Origin: Euryarchaeota archaeon RBG_13_57_23
GTDB taxonomy: Archaea > Thermoplasmatota > Thermoplasmata > UBA10834
Assembly (NCBI GenBank): GCA_001800675.1
Contig: MGVW01000022.1
Coordinates: 5,130 to 44,699 of the forward strand
DNA: 39,570 nucleotides
Direction: 5' to 3'
Below the pieces are notes generated by a model. That model searched no databases and was not told the DNA's origin. It was given only the letters and a program-made list of their open reading frames with translations. The translations under genes were made by a program, and so were the position numbers. Shown here piece by piece: positions 16,930 through 25,507 of this stretch (positions within the stretch are counted from its first letter, which is position 1; each line of letters opens with the position of its first letter).

Positions 16930-18234
16930 ATGAGAAGGTACAAGGACATCCCGCTTTGGAAGAACGTCTCGCCCAAGCAGTGGACCGACTGGAAGTGGCA
17001 GGTCAGGAACCGCATCATGGACGTCGACACCCTGGCTCAGGTCATCAATCTCACCGACGAGGAGGAGAAGGAGATCAGAGACTCGATGAAGTACCTGCGG
17101 ATGGCCATCACGCCCTACTACGCGACCTTGATGGATCCGGACGACCCGCACGACCCCGTCAGGAGGCAGGCCGTGCCAACATCGAACGAGGTCCAGATCA
17201 AGAAGTACGAGATGCTGGACTCCGTCGGTGAGACGGTGGACTCCCCTCACGAGGGGCTGACTCACAGGTACCCGGACCGCGTGCTCTTGCTTCTTACAGA
17301 CCAGTGCAGCATGTACTGTCGACACTGCTGCCGCAGAAGGATAGTCGGACAGACAGACCATCAGAGGTCTTGGGAAGAGATCAAGGAGGGGATCGACTAC
17401 ATCAGGGAGACTCCCGAGGTGAGGGATGTGCTCTTGTCCGGTGGAGACCCGCTCATGGTCTCGGACGAGTTCCTGGAGAAGGTCATCCGGGAAGTTAGGA
17501 AGATCAAGCACGTGCAGATTGTCAGGCTCGGCTCCAGGACTCCTGTCGTGCTTCCGTACAGGATCACGCCATCGCTCGTCAAGATGCTCAGGAAGTACCA
17601 TCCTGTCTGGCTCAACACTCATTTCAACCACCCGAAGGAGATCACGCCGGTATCGAAGCGTGCGGTCGAGACGCTCGTGGACGCGGGCATACCAGTAGGT
17701 AATCAGACCGTCCTGCTCAAGGGTGTCAACGATTGCGTGACCATAATGAAGAAGCTCTGCCAGGACCTGACGTCGATCAGGTGCAGACCCTACTACATCT
17801 ATCAGTGCGACATCGCAAGAGGGCTTGAGCATTTCAGGACCTCCACGGCCAAAGGGTTCGAGATAATCGAGTCGCTGAGAGGACACACTTCAGGGTTCGC
17901 AGTCCCTGAATTCATCATCGATGCGCCCACGGGCGGCGGGAAGATCCCGATCAGCCCCAACTATGTCATCTCGATGTCCGACAAGATGATAGTCCTGAGG
18001 AACTACGAGGGCGGCATATTCTCGTTCCCAGAACCCGAGGGCGACAGGACGAGCGTCTGCCCGCCGTCGTGCAAGATGTGCAAGCAGTATCCGGAGCTGG
18101 AGTCGAAAGAAGGCGTTGCGGGAGTGCTCGCGGGCAAGAAGATGTGCCTGATACCAGAGGGCTCCCTCAGAGAGGCGAGGCGGAAGGCATATCACAAAGA
18201 ATCGAAGCACTCAGGCAAGTGCCACGATTTCTAG
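16930..18234 (+). CDS. kamA: Lysine 2,3-aminomutase (radical SAM, PLP)
   Basis: HRYPDR, CSMYCRHC, LLSGGDPL, HFNHPKE, YQCD, DAPTGGGKIP. ATG 16930 follows GGAGG. Confidence 0.92.
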   Translation: MRRYKDIPLWKNVSPKQWTDWKWQVRNRIMDVDTLAQVINLTDEEEKEIRDSMKYLRMAITPYYATLMDPDDPHDPVRRQAVPTSNEVQIKKYEMLDSVGETVDSPHEGLTHRYPDRVLLLLTDQCSMYCRHCCRRRIVGQTDHQRSWEEIKEGIDYIRETPEVRDVLLSGGDPLMVSDEFLEKVIREVRKIKHVQIVRLGSRTPVVLPYRITPSLVKMLRKYHPVWLNTHFNHPKEITPVSKRAVETLVDAGIPVGNQTVLLKGVNDCVTIMKKLCQDLTSIRCRPYYIYQCDIARGLEHFRTSTAKGFEIIESLRGHTSGFAVPEFIIDAPTGGGKIPISPNYVISMSDKMIVLRNYEGGIFSFPEPEGDRTSVCPPSCKMCKQYPELESKEGVAGVLAGKKMCLIPEGSLREARRKAYHKESKHSGKCHDF

Positions 18235-18257
18235 TCCTCGCACCATCAAACCCATTC

Positions 18258-18932
18258 TCACTTCTTGTCCTCCAGGACCGCCCGCGTGATGACGTAGTTC
18301 CCGGAGTTCCTCTTCCAGTTCGAATGCGCTTCTAATATGCAGATCTCCTTCGAGAAGTTCGGGCCGTCGAGGACGAAGGTCTCGAGCTCCCCGCCTTCTC
18401 CGGTCACGCTTATCCTGTACTTCTCCCGGAGCTGTTCGAGTTCCTTGATCGAATGGACTGTGATGATCTTGCCCAGCCACCCTTCGTCGAACCCCTCGGC
18501 ATAGACTCCCGCTATCATGAATTTGAATCCAGCATGGACCATGTCCTCGAGCAGCATCAGCTGGTCTTTGCGCCACAGGGGGGCATACATCGGCTTGCCC
18601 AGCCTCTGCGCGATCTCGTTGAGTCGAGACCACTGGTAGTCGGAAGCGATCGCCCCGCAGACGAAGCCATCCGTGTCCTCGGAGCGCATCAGCTCTTCCA
18701 GGTCTTTGAGCTCCTCCTCCTTCAGGCCTGAACTCTCCCTTTGCTTGATGGGGATGCCCAGCGCCTCCGAGTGAAGCTTCGTCCAGCGGATGTTAGGATA
18801 GTGGAACATGTACGAATCGGAGGCCTTCGGAATGACCGTCAGCAAGCTCGCAACTTCCCATCCCTGCTGCTGTGTCAAGTACAACGCGTAAGTCGAATCC
18901 TTGCCCCCAGAGAATAGCGCAGAAACCCTCAT
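18258..18932 (-). CDS. Diphthine--ammonia ligase family PP-loop ATPase
   Basis: ALFSGGKDS, SYMFH, GAIASDYQ, PLW, GEGGELETFVLD. Confidence 0.88.
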   Translation of the reverse strand: MRVSALFSGGKDSTYALYLTQQQGWEVASLLTVIPKASDSYMFHYPNIRWTKLHSEALGIPIKQRESSGLKEEELKDLEELMRSEDTDGFVCGAIASDYQWSRLNEIAQRLGKPMYAPLWRKDQLMLLEDMVHAGFKFMIAGVYAEGFDEGWLGKIITVHSIKELEQLREKYRISVTGEGGELETFVLDGPNFSKEICILEAHSNWKRNSGNYVITRAVLEDKK

Positions 18933-19015
18933 CTCTGCTCCAGCGTTCATGTATCGGAGGGTCGCTATTTGGATGTTCTGCCCTTGCTTGATTGCGTTTA
19001 TATCTGGGCATAGCC

Positions 19016-19234
19016 ATGTGCGTGGACGTGTTCTACTGTCCAAGGTGCGACCGCACGATACCGAAGGAGCGTATCGAGAAGGCAGACAGGGAGCTCAAGC
19101 GGACATACGGAATCAGCAATCTGTCCGACCTGAGGTGCCCGGTGTGCGATTGCGAGTACATAGATTTGGACAAGGTTAGGAAAGGCGGGGAGGAGCATGT
19201 CGGCGAAACGAAGAGAAGGACCGCTGTTCCTTGA
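19016..19234 (+). CDS. Small zinc-finger protein (CPxC…CPxC)
   Basis: FYCPRC…LRCPVC. TATA-like tttata at ~18997. Overlaps the next gene. The start could be GTG 19022. Confidence 0.65.
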   Translation: MCVDVFYCPRCDRTIPKERIEKADRELKRTYGISNLSDLRCPVCDCEYIDLDKVRKGGEEHVGETKRRTAVP

Positions 19235-19943
19235 GGAGCTGACGAGCACTGAGTTCGCGAAGCTCGTCAAGAAGAAACCGCTCGTGATCATCCCGTTCGG
19301 ATCGATGGAAGAGCACGGCTCGCACCTTCCACTCGGGACGGACGCATTCCAGGCGGAGGAGATCGCTCGAAGGGTGGGGGCTGAGTTCGACGCGATATTG
19401 TGTCCGCCGATAAGGTACGGGGAGTGCAGGTCGACTCGCAACTACCCAGGCACATTGACTCTCACTTTCGAGACCGTCCAGGCGATGGCGTTCGAGTTGG
19501 TCTCAGAGCTCGCCCGGAACGGCATCAGACGGATCATGATACTAACCGGCCACGCGGGCTCGGGACATATGGCAGCTCTGAGGCTGGGCGCACTGAGGGC
19601 TGTCGAGAAGAATCGTGAGGTCAAAGTCATGGTCTTGTCGGACTACGACATCGCCTATGATCTCAGGGGTAAGGAATTCCCGGTCGAGGACGGGCACGGA
19701 GGCGAGATCGAGACGTCAAGGATTCTGAACATCCGGCCATCTCTGGTGCGCAAGACCAGACCGAAGGGAACCACGAGGCCTCCAGAGTACATGGTCCTGC
19801 CAGATCCCGAACGCCACATGCCGACGGGAATCTACGGGGATGCCGCCTACGGCTCTGCCAGAAAAGGCAGGACTATCGACGACTACGTCGTCAAGAAGTT
19901 GTGTGAGCTTGTCGAACGGAACTTCGGGATAAGGAGAGCGTGA
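19197..19943 (+). CDS. Creatininase-family amidohydrolase
   Basis: GSMEEHGSHLPLGTD, GHAG, DGHGGEIETS metal-binding motifs. Confidence 0.88.
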   Translation: MSAKRREGPLFLEELTSTEFAKLVKKKPLVIIPFGSMEEHGSHLPLGTDAFQAEEIARRVGAEFDAILCPPIRYGECRSTRNYPGTLTLTFETVQAMAFELVSELARNGIRRIMILTGHAGSGHMAALRLGALRAVEKNREVKVMVLSDYDIAYDLRGKEFPVEDGHGGEIETSRILNIRPSLVRKTRPKGTTRPPEYMVLPDPERHMPTGIYGDAAYGSARKGRTIDDYVVKKLCELVERNFGIRRA

Positions 19944-19947
19944 TAGG

Positions 19948-20619
19948 TTGAATCTCAAGGAGAAGGCCGCTGAGGCCGCTGTCAAGCACGTCAAGGAGGG
20001 GATGGTCGTCGGACTCGGGAGCGGCTCCACTGCGAGCATCGCCATCAAGATGATCGGGGAGAAGGTACGAGGCGGTATGTACATCATCGGCATCCCGACA
20101 TCTCGAGATTCCGAGATACTCGCCAAATCGGTGGGGATCCGGATAGGAGAACTGAAGGACCATCCGCAGGTGGACATCACGATAGACGGTGCGGACGAGG
20201 TGGACCCGAAGCTGAACCTGATCAAGGGTCTTGGGGGAGCTTTGGTCAGGGAAAAGATCGTGGCCGTCTCGACCTCGATGGAGATAATCGTCGTCGACAA
20301 CTCGAAACTTGTCGATCACCTGTGCCAGAAGGCGCCACTCCCGGTCGAGATCGTGAGGTTCGCCCATGATGCCACCGTGCGGAGGTTGGAGCAGTTCGGA
20401 TGCATGCCGAAGCTAAGGGTGAGGGTCGGAGAGCTCTACGTGACTGACAACGGGAACTACATCGCGGACTGCAAATTCGATCGGATAGACAACCCGGCGA
20501 AGATGGAGTCTGAGCTGAACCTCGTGCCCGGAGTGGTGGACAACGGATTGTTCGTGGGGCTGGCCCACAAGGTCATAGTCGCATCCGAAAAAGGCATCAG
20601 AACTCTTGAGAAGAAATAG
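19948..20619 (+). CDS. rpiA: Ribose-5-phosphate isomerase A
   Basis: GLGSGST, DGADEVD, KGLGGALVREK, TDNGN. Confidence 0.95.
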   Translation: MNLKEKAAEAAVKHVKEGMVVGLGSGSTASIAIKMIGEKVRGGMYIIGIPTSRDSEILAKSVGIRIGELKDHPQVDITIDGADEVDPKLNLIKGLGGALVREKIVAVSTSMEIIVVDNSKLVDHLCQKAPLPVEIVRFAHDATVRRLEQFGCMPKLRVRVGELYVTDNGNYIADCKFDRIDNPAKMESELNLVPGVVDNGLFVGLAHKVIVASEKGIRTLEKK

Positions 20620-20621
20620 AT

Positions 20622-20987
20622 CTACTTCGCGAGCTCCTTGAGCTGCTTGATGTTGTTCTCGATGCCCTCGATCTTCTTCCTCTCTTCGCTCTCGATGATC
20701 TCTATGATCTTCTCGAAGGGGATCGCGAGCTTGTTGGAGTGCACGGGTCTTCCCTTGCCCTCCTTCTTGATGTCCCGCTTGCTGACGTACTTGCGTCTCC
20801 GGAGCTCCTGCATCGCAATGGACACCTCTGGCTGCCGGAGGCTGGTGGCACTCTCGATCTCAACGGATGTGGTCTCTTCCTTCTTGCGGAGGAACACGAG
20901 CGTCTTTGCGATGTTCTTAGACAGGCCTGTGCGCATAAGAAGTTCGACGAGCATCTCGTCTTTCTTTGTTAGGCCTTTGTCCGTCAT
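20622..20987 (-). CDS. Archaeal HTH transcriptional regulator
   Basis: TSVEIE…LRQPEVSIAM…KGRP winged-HTH signature. Confidence 0.8.
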   Translation of the reverse strand: MTDKGLTKKDEMLVELLMRTGLSKNIAKTLVFLRKKEETTSVEIESATSLRQPEVSIAMQELRRRKYVSKRDIKKEGKGRPVHSNKLAIPFEKIIEIIESEERKKIEGIENNIKQLKELAK

Positions 20988-21198
20988 ATTATGTGCCTAG
21001 CCATTTATTAATTGCCAAATATTTATCCCTTTCTATGCTATTGGGCTGCTATTGAAGCGACAGCAGTCAGAAGCTTGATTACTGACGAACTCCAGCTGGA
21101 CAGATTCACTGGTGGTGGGTCAGTCTCATGTGTCGCGGAGAATGCTTTAATACAAGTTCTCGCTTACTCTTCGCCTGCGCTGAGGAACGCTGATTTCA

Positions 21199-21480
21199 AT
21201 GAAGATGCCCAGAGTCACCAAGGAGTACTGTCCTAAGTGCAAGAAGCACACGTCTCACGAGGTCGAGAGGGTCAAATCCCGACCGAGATCTGAGCTCAAG
21301 TGGGGGCAGAGGCGTTACAGGAGAGCGACCGCAGGATACGGAGGTTTCCCGAGGCCGAAGTACGAGGGCCGGCAGAAACCGACCGTCAAGGTTGCGCTCA
21401 GATACAGATGCAAGGTCTGCAAGAAGGCTCATCAAAGGACCTGTTTCAGGGCGAAGACCTTCGAGCTGAAGGAGGCCTGA
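21199..21480 (+). CDS. rpl44e: 50S ribosomal protein L44e
   Basis: [27 protein letters not shown]. Confidence 0.95.
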   Translation: MKMPRVTKEYCPKCKKHTSHEVERVKSRPRSELKWGQRRYRRATAGYGGFPRPKYEGRQKPTVKVALRYRCKVCKKAHQRTCFRAKTFELKEA

Positions 21481-21483
21481 GCG

Positions 21484-21672
21484 ATGAAAGGTAAGGTCCC
21501 TGCTCCGAAGAGCAAGTTCGTCACGGTCAAGTGCCAGGATTGCGGGAACGAGCAGATCGCGTTCGACAAGCCTGCGACGCAGGTGAAGTGCAACGTGTGC
21601 GGTGCCACTCTGATCAAGCCGACGGGAGGCAAGGGCGTGATCAGGGGGCAGCTGCTCGGAGAGGTCCAGTAA
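21484..21672 (+). CDS. rps27e: 30S ribosomal protein S27e
   Basis: [15 protein letters not shown]…CNVCGATL…PTGGK. Confidence 0.95.
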   Translation: MKGKVPAPKSKFVTVKCQDCGNEQIAFDKPATQVKCNVCGATLIKPTGGKGVIRGQLLGEVQ

Positions 21673-22457
21673 TGGTGCACAAGGCTGAGTTCCCTGAAGT
21701 CGGAGATCTTGTAGTATGCACCGTCTCAAACGTCAAGAACTTCGGCGCTTTCTGCAACCTGGACGAGTACGAAGCTAAGGAAGGTTTCATCCACGTTCGC
21801 GATGTCGCCACCGGCTGGGTCAAGTACATAAGAGACCACGTCCGGGAAGGACAGAAGATCGTGTGCAAGGTGCTCGCCGTCGATTTGGACAGGGGGCACA
21901 TCGACCTCTCCCTCAAGCAGGTGAACGAGCACCAGAAGAGGGAGAAGGTCCAGGAGTGGAAGAACGAGAAGAAGGCTGACAAACTCCTCGAGATAGTCTC
22001 TGACAAGGTCGGCAAGAGCATGGAAGAGGCATGGGCCGAAGCTGGAGAGAAGCTGATCGAGGAGTACGGCACTCTGTACAACGCCTTCGAACAGGTCACA
22101 ATAGCTCCAGAATCACTCAAGGAAACGGGGCTGGACAAGAAGTGGGCAGCCGCTGTTATCGAGGTGGCGAAGGAGAACATCCAGGCTCCGATAGTCACGA
22201 TCGACGGTCTGCTCGAGGTAACGAATCCGAAGGGGGACGGCGTAGACCATGTCAAGAAAGCCCTGGCCGCGGGCAAGGACGTGGATGACTCTGCGATTGA
22301 CATTCACTACATCGGAGCTCCAAGGTACAGAATCACCGTGTCCGCAACAGACTACAAAGAAGCCGAGCAGGAGATGAAGGCGGCAGTCCAAAAGATAGCC
22401 GTGGCCGTCGAGAAGACAGGCGGGTCGTTGAGCTTCAAGAGGAAGGAGGAGAAGTGA
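21672..22457 (+). CDS. eif2a: Translation initiation factor aIF-2 alpha subunit
   Basis: S1 domain (FPEVGDLVVCTV…LDEY…EGFIH) and YIGAPRY. ATG overlaps the rps27e TAA. Confidence 0.95.
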   Translation: MVHKAEFPEVGDLVVCTVSNVKNFGAFCNLDEYEAKEGFIHVRDVATGWVKYIRDHVREGQKIVCKVLAVDLDRGHIDLSLKQVNEHQKREKVQEWKNEKKADKLLEIVSDKVGKSMEEAWAEAGEKLIEEYGTLYNAFEQVTIAPESLKETGLDKKWAAAVIEVAKENIQAPIVTIDGLLEVTNPKGDGVDHVKKALAAGKDVDDSAIDIHYIGAPRYRITVSATDYKEAEQEMKAAVQKIAVAVEKTGGSLSFKRKEEK

Positions 22458-22624
22458 AGACCCTTCTGAGGAAGTGCCCCGCATGCGTGGAGTACACACT
22501 TAAGGACACCTGCCCTAAGTGCGGCGGCACAACCTTCATGCCGATGCCCGCGAAGTACTCTCCAGAGGACAGGTACGGAGAGTACAGGCGCCGCCTGAAG
22601 AAGGAGATGACGGGAGAGGCCTAG
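22454..22624 (+). CDS. nop10: H/ACA RNP protein Nop10
   Basis: Not in ORF track (56 aa). Manual translation: MKTLLRKCPACVEYTLKDTCPKCGGTT…PAKYSPEDRYGEYRRRLK. Sits in the conserved operon position. Confidence 0.92.
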   Translation: MKTLLRKCPACVEYTLKDTCPKCGGTTFMPMPAKYSPEDRYGEYRRRLKKEMTGEA

Positions 22625-23383
22625 ATGGAAGACATCGTTGTCGTTTTCAAGGAGAAGCCGAATCTCAAAGATCCAGTGTTCGTCGAGGGGCTACCTGGCG
22701 TGGGCAACGTGGGCAAGCTCGCGGCAGAGCACCTAGTGGATCAGTTGAAGGCAGTCAAGTTCGCGGAACTGTTCTCGAAGTTCTTCCCGCCCCAAGTACT
22801 TGTTAACGATTCAGGGATAATCAGGCTTGTCAGCAATGACCTGTACTATGTGAAGCGACCTGACGCCAGTCATGACATAGTGATCATGACCGGGGACTAC
22901 CAGGGACTCACCCCAGACGGGCAGTATGAGCTCTCGGACAAGACGCTGAAGATCATAAAGGAACTCGGCGTGAAGCGGGTCTACACGTTGGGCGGGTATG
23001 GTCTCGGCAAACTGATCGAGAAACCCCGAGTGCTCGGGGCGGCAACGGACCCAGAGCTCGTCGAGGAGATGAAGAAGCACGGCGTGGTATTCTCGAAGGG
23101 AGAGCCAGGCAGCGGCATCGTCGGCGCGAGCGGACTCCTGCTCGGTCTGGGTGGCCTGTACGACATGAGGAGCGTCTGCTTGATGGGAGAGACCTCGGGA
23201 TACTTCGTGGACCCGAAGGGCGCCCAGGCGGTGCTCGAGGTCCTTTCCAAGATACTAGATGTCAAGATCAACTTCGCCGAGCTCGAGGCCAAGGCGGAGC
23301 AGATCGATATGATAACGTCCAAGCTCAGGGAGTCGGAGCCCGCTCCTGAGCCGAAGCGCGAAGACCTGGGCTACATCGGTTGA
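22625..23383 (+). CDS. Proteasome assembly chaperone PAC2-family protein
   Basis: EGLPGVGNVGKL, TLGGY, CLMGETSGYFVDP, C-terminal YIG. Conserved position after nop10. Confidence 0.9.
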   Translation: MEDIVVVFKEKPNLKDPVFVEGLPGVGNVGKLAAEHLVDQLKAVKFAELFSKFFPPQVLVNDSGIIRLVSNDLYYVKRPDASHDIVIMTGDYQGLTPDGQYELSDKTLKIIKELGVKRVYTLGGYGLGKLIEKPRVLGAATDPELVEEMKKHGVVFSKGEPGSGIVGASGLLLGLGGLYDMRSVCLMGETSGYFVDPKGAQAVLEVLSKILDVKINFAELEAKAEQIDMITSKLRESEPAPEPKREDLGYIG

Positions 23384-23414
23384 GCCAGTATCGCGAGAAC
23401 CCTCAGTGACTCAT

Positions 23415-23442
23415 TTGAAAAAATAAAAAAATAGGGGGGAGG
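23415..23442 (-). terminator. U-rich terminator tract
   Basis: Minus strand reads cctccccccctattttttattttttcaa downstream of the RHH gene. Confidence 0.5.
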
Positions 23443-23502
23443 TAATCCTGATTGATCAGTCGCTGAATAGCGTAGTTAGAGTGCATCCCATCCCGTTTCT
23501 GA

Positions 23503-23739
23503 CTACTTCTTCAGGTACTTCTCTTCGTATTGTTTGATTGACGCCAAACTCTGTTCGGCGTGTTCGAACTTCCTCATTCTGTCGACGACGAGCTCGAGTC
23601 GGGCATAGATGAGGTCCCTGATCGAAGCGCGGATCGCCTCGGATCGGGAGGGGAAGTCGTCGATCTCCACGAGGAAGTCAAGTGCCCGCAGGTGCCTCTG
23701 CGGTATGCGGATGGTGATTTTCTCAGTATCTGGCTCCAT
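23503..23739 (-). CDS. Ribbon-helix-helix (CopG/CdrS-like) regulator
   Basis: KITIRIP…LDFLVE…FPSRSEAIR. ATG 23739. Confidence 0.85.
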   Translation of the reverse strand: MEPDTEKITIRIPQRHLRALDFLVEIDDFPSRSEAIRASIRDLIYARLELVVDRMRKFEHAEQSLASIKQYEEKYLKK

Positions 23740-23977
23740 TCGAAATCGCCCCGCTTGCTGGTCCATTCCCCGCGGCGACCACGGCTGCCGTTTGTACCTC
23801 TTTTGCCTTACGGTCGTCCGACAGCCCCTTATATTGATGCTAAATATATAAAACTTAGGTTTTCTTTAGCGGCCCCCTTCGAAAAGCTTCCAGTTTGTCG
23901 TTCCGTGCTATCGAAAAACGCTTTATATGATACTCTTAATAAGGAGCGCGCAACTGTCATTCTTGCAACCAGCGAAT

Positions 23978-24091
23978 CCCGACTTAGCTCAGACTGGTTG
24001 AGAGCGGCTGACTGTAGTGTGGTAATCGGCACGACCGATCACGGTCGCTGAAATCAGCAGGCCCCCGGTTCAAATCCGGGAGTCGGGACCA
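23978..24091 (+). tRNA. tRNA-Tyr (GTA) with 35-nt intron at 37/38 (24018-24052), encoded CCA
   Basis: Acceptor stem CCCGACT/AGTCGGG, anticodon arm GCTGA-CTGTAG[intron]A-TCAGC, T-arm CCCGG-TTCAAAT-CCGGG, ACCA end. Confidence 0.93.
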
Positions 24092-24099
24092 TTCTTTTC

Positions 24100-25434
24100 T
24101 CAAATGGGTTCTGGGATGATCATCCACTTCTCGGGCGCGTCGGGCCTCACGACCTCCTTGTTGCGCTCAAGAAGCGCCAGCTCCTTCTGATCGAACGACT
24201 TGGGGTCGATCGCAATGATCAGTCTGGAGTTGCTCGTCATGGCGCTTTCGGTCCATCTGTCCACCGCCCTGATCACGCGCTGGAAGTCGTTCGTCGTGAC
24301 CAAATACTCCAGGCCGTCGATTAGGACGACCCCATTGTATGATTTCTCCATGAAGTTGGTTAAGAAATCGGTCAGCAGGTTCAGTTTCGCGGGATCCATG
24401 TTGTCCTTTCCCGCCACCGTCGAGAGCCATACGATCGGAGTCGTCTGCAGGTAGTTCTTCGCTCTGACCTCGTTCGGGAACTGTCTAGTCACCACCAATC
24501 CTTGCGGCCTGCTCTTGTACTTCTTGCATTCTCTGCACGGGCAAGGCAGCTTACACTGGGTGCAATCGAGGCTCTCGCACGGGAAGCTGTCATCGTTCTG
24601 GCAGTCCCAGCACCTTCCCTTCAGGATGTCCGCGAACAGCTTGAAGGAGAATTCCGGTTTCTGCTCCTCGACAAGGTAGACATACCTGAGGAACAGCCGG
24701 TAGTTGGATTTCGTGCTCGACACTAACCTCTCGGTAGTCGGGGTGCTCATGGCTATCTGTCCGATGGCGATCGAGTACGCGAACGTGATGCCTGCAAGTC
24801 CGTAGCATGCCGCCACCAAGACATACATTATGTCCTCTGCGAATGCGAGCGCCTCGGTGATGTACAGCACCCAGATGACTCCTCCAGCTGCGATGGTCCA
24901 GATGCCGATCAGGAATATCGTGCCCGAACGTTTGCCCTTCTCATCCACTCTGTGTCTGGAGAGCATTATGAACGCGGTCGTTAGGCACATCATCAGAGCG
25001 GCGACCGATATCACGGAGAGCATGCTCGAGTCGGTCAGCTCTGGTATCGGGCGGTTCACATAATCGATACTCGCGGTGATTCCTAAACCCACTGATGCGA
25101 TGATCGTCACGACCATGGCAAGACCTAGGCCGTTCAGAGGTTTGAACGAGACCCTCCTCTTGTATGGAAACACGATCGAAAGCTGCCAGATGAAGGTGTA
25201 CCCGAGCAGAGTCGATGTGACGAACCCCTTCGCGATGGCATTGCCCAAGTCGGCCTCGTTCCTATCAGTGGATGGATAGAGGGCGCCTGACAGTATCGAG
25301 ACAGTCAGAGAAGCCATCGCAAGGAAGAAGAGCCACGAGGCAATCGAATTCGGAGCTTTGCTCCTGGCGATGACTCCGGCGCCCAGACAGATGGCACCAG
25401 CCGCTACCGAAGCCGCAATAGCTAGGTCCGCCAC
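24100..25434 (-). CDS. 7TM membrane protein with C-terminal DUF835 domain carrying a Cys-rich insertion
   Basis: Seven hydrophobic segments. DUF835 motifs YLVEEQKP, GLVVTRQFP, IVWLS, VVLIDGLEYLV…NDF, ELALLER. Confidence 0.8.
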   Translation of the reverse strand: MADLAIAASVAAGAICLGAGVIARSKAPNSIASWLFFLAMASLTVSILSGALYPSTDRNEADLGNAIAKGFVTSTLLGYTFIWQLSIVFPYKRRVSFKPLNGLGLAMVVTIIASVGLGITASIDYVNRPIPELTDSSMLSVISVAALMMCLTTAFIMLSRHRVDEKGKRSGTIFLIGIWTIAAGGVIWVLYITEALAFAEDIMYVLVAACYGLAGITFAYSIAIGQIAMSTPTTERLVSSTKSNYRLFLRYVYLVEEQKPEFSFKLFADILKGRCWDCQNDDSFPCESLDCTQCKLPCPCRECKKYKSRPQGLVVTRQFPNEVRAKNYLQTTPIVWLSTVAGKDNMDPAKLNLLTDFLTNFMEKSYNGVVLIDGLEYLVTTNDFQRVIRAVDRWTESAMTSNSRLIIAIDPKSFDQKELALLERNKEVVRPDAPEKWMIIPEPI

Positions 25435-25507
25435 TTGGTCATCTCCGGTTCATGCGCACGCTGGTTGCAATGTGGATGAAATCAAGCTAGGATAAGTCCG
25501 ACCGAGA

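Noticed and set aside
16885-17886. Long antisense ORFs (e.g. 16885-17886, 29516-30322, 30690-31484, 31851-32825)
   Set aside because: They lie opposite well-conserved genes, are expected in GC-rich DNA with biased codon usage, and contain no motifs.
24018-24052. C/D-box guide RNA inside the tRNA intron
   Set aside because: Too short, with no RUGAUGA C box; only a lone CTGA.
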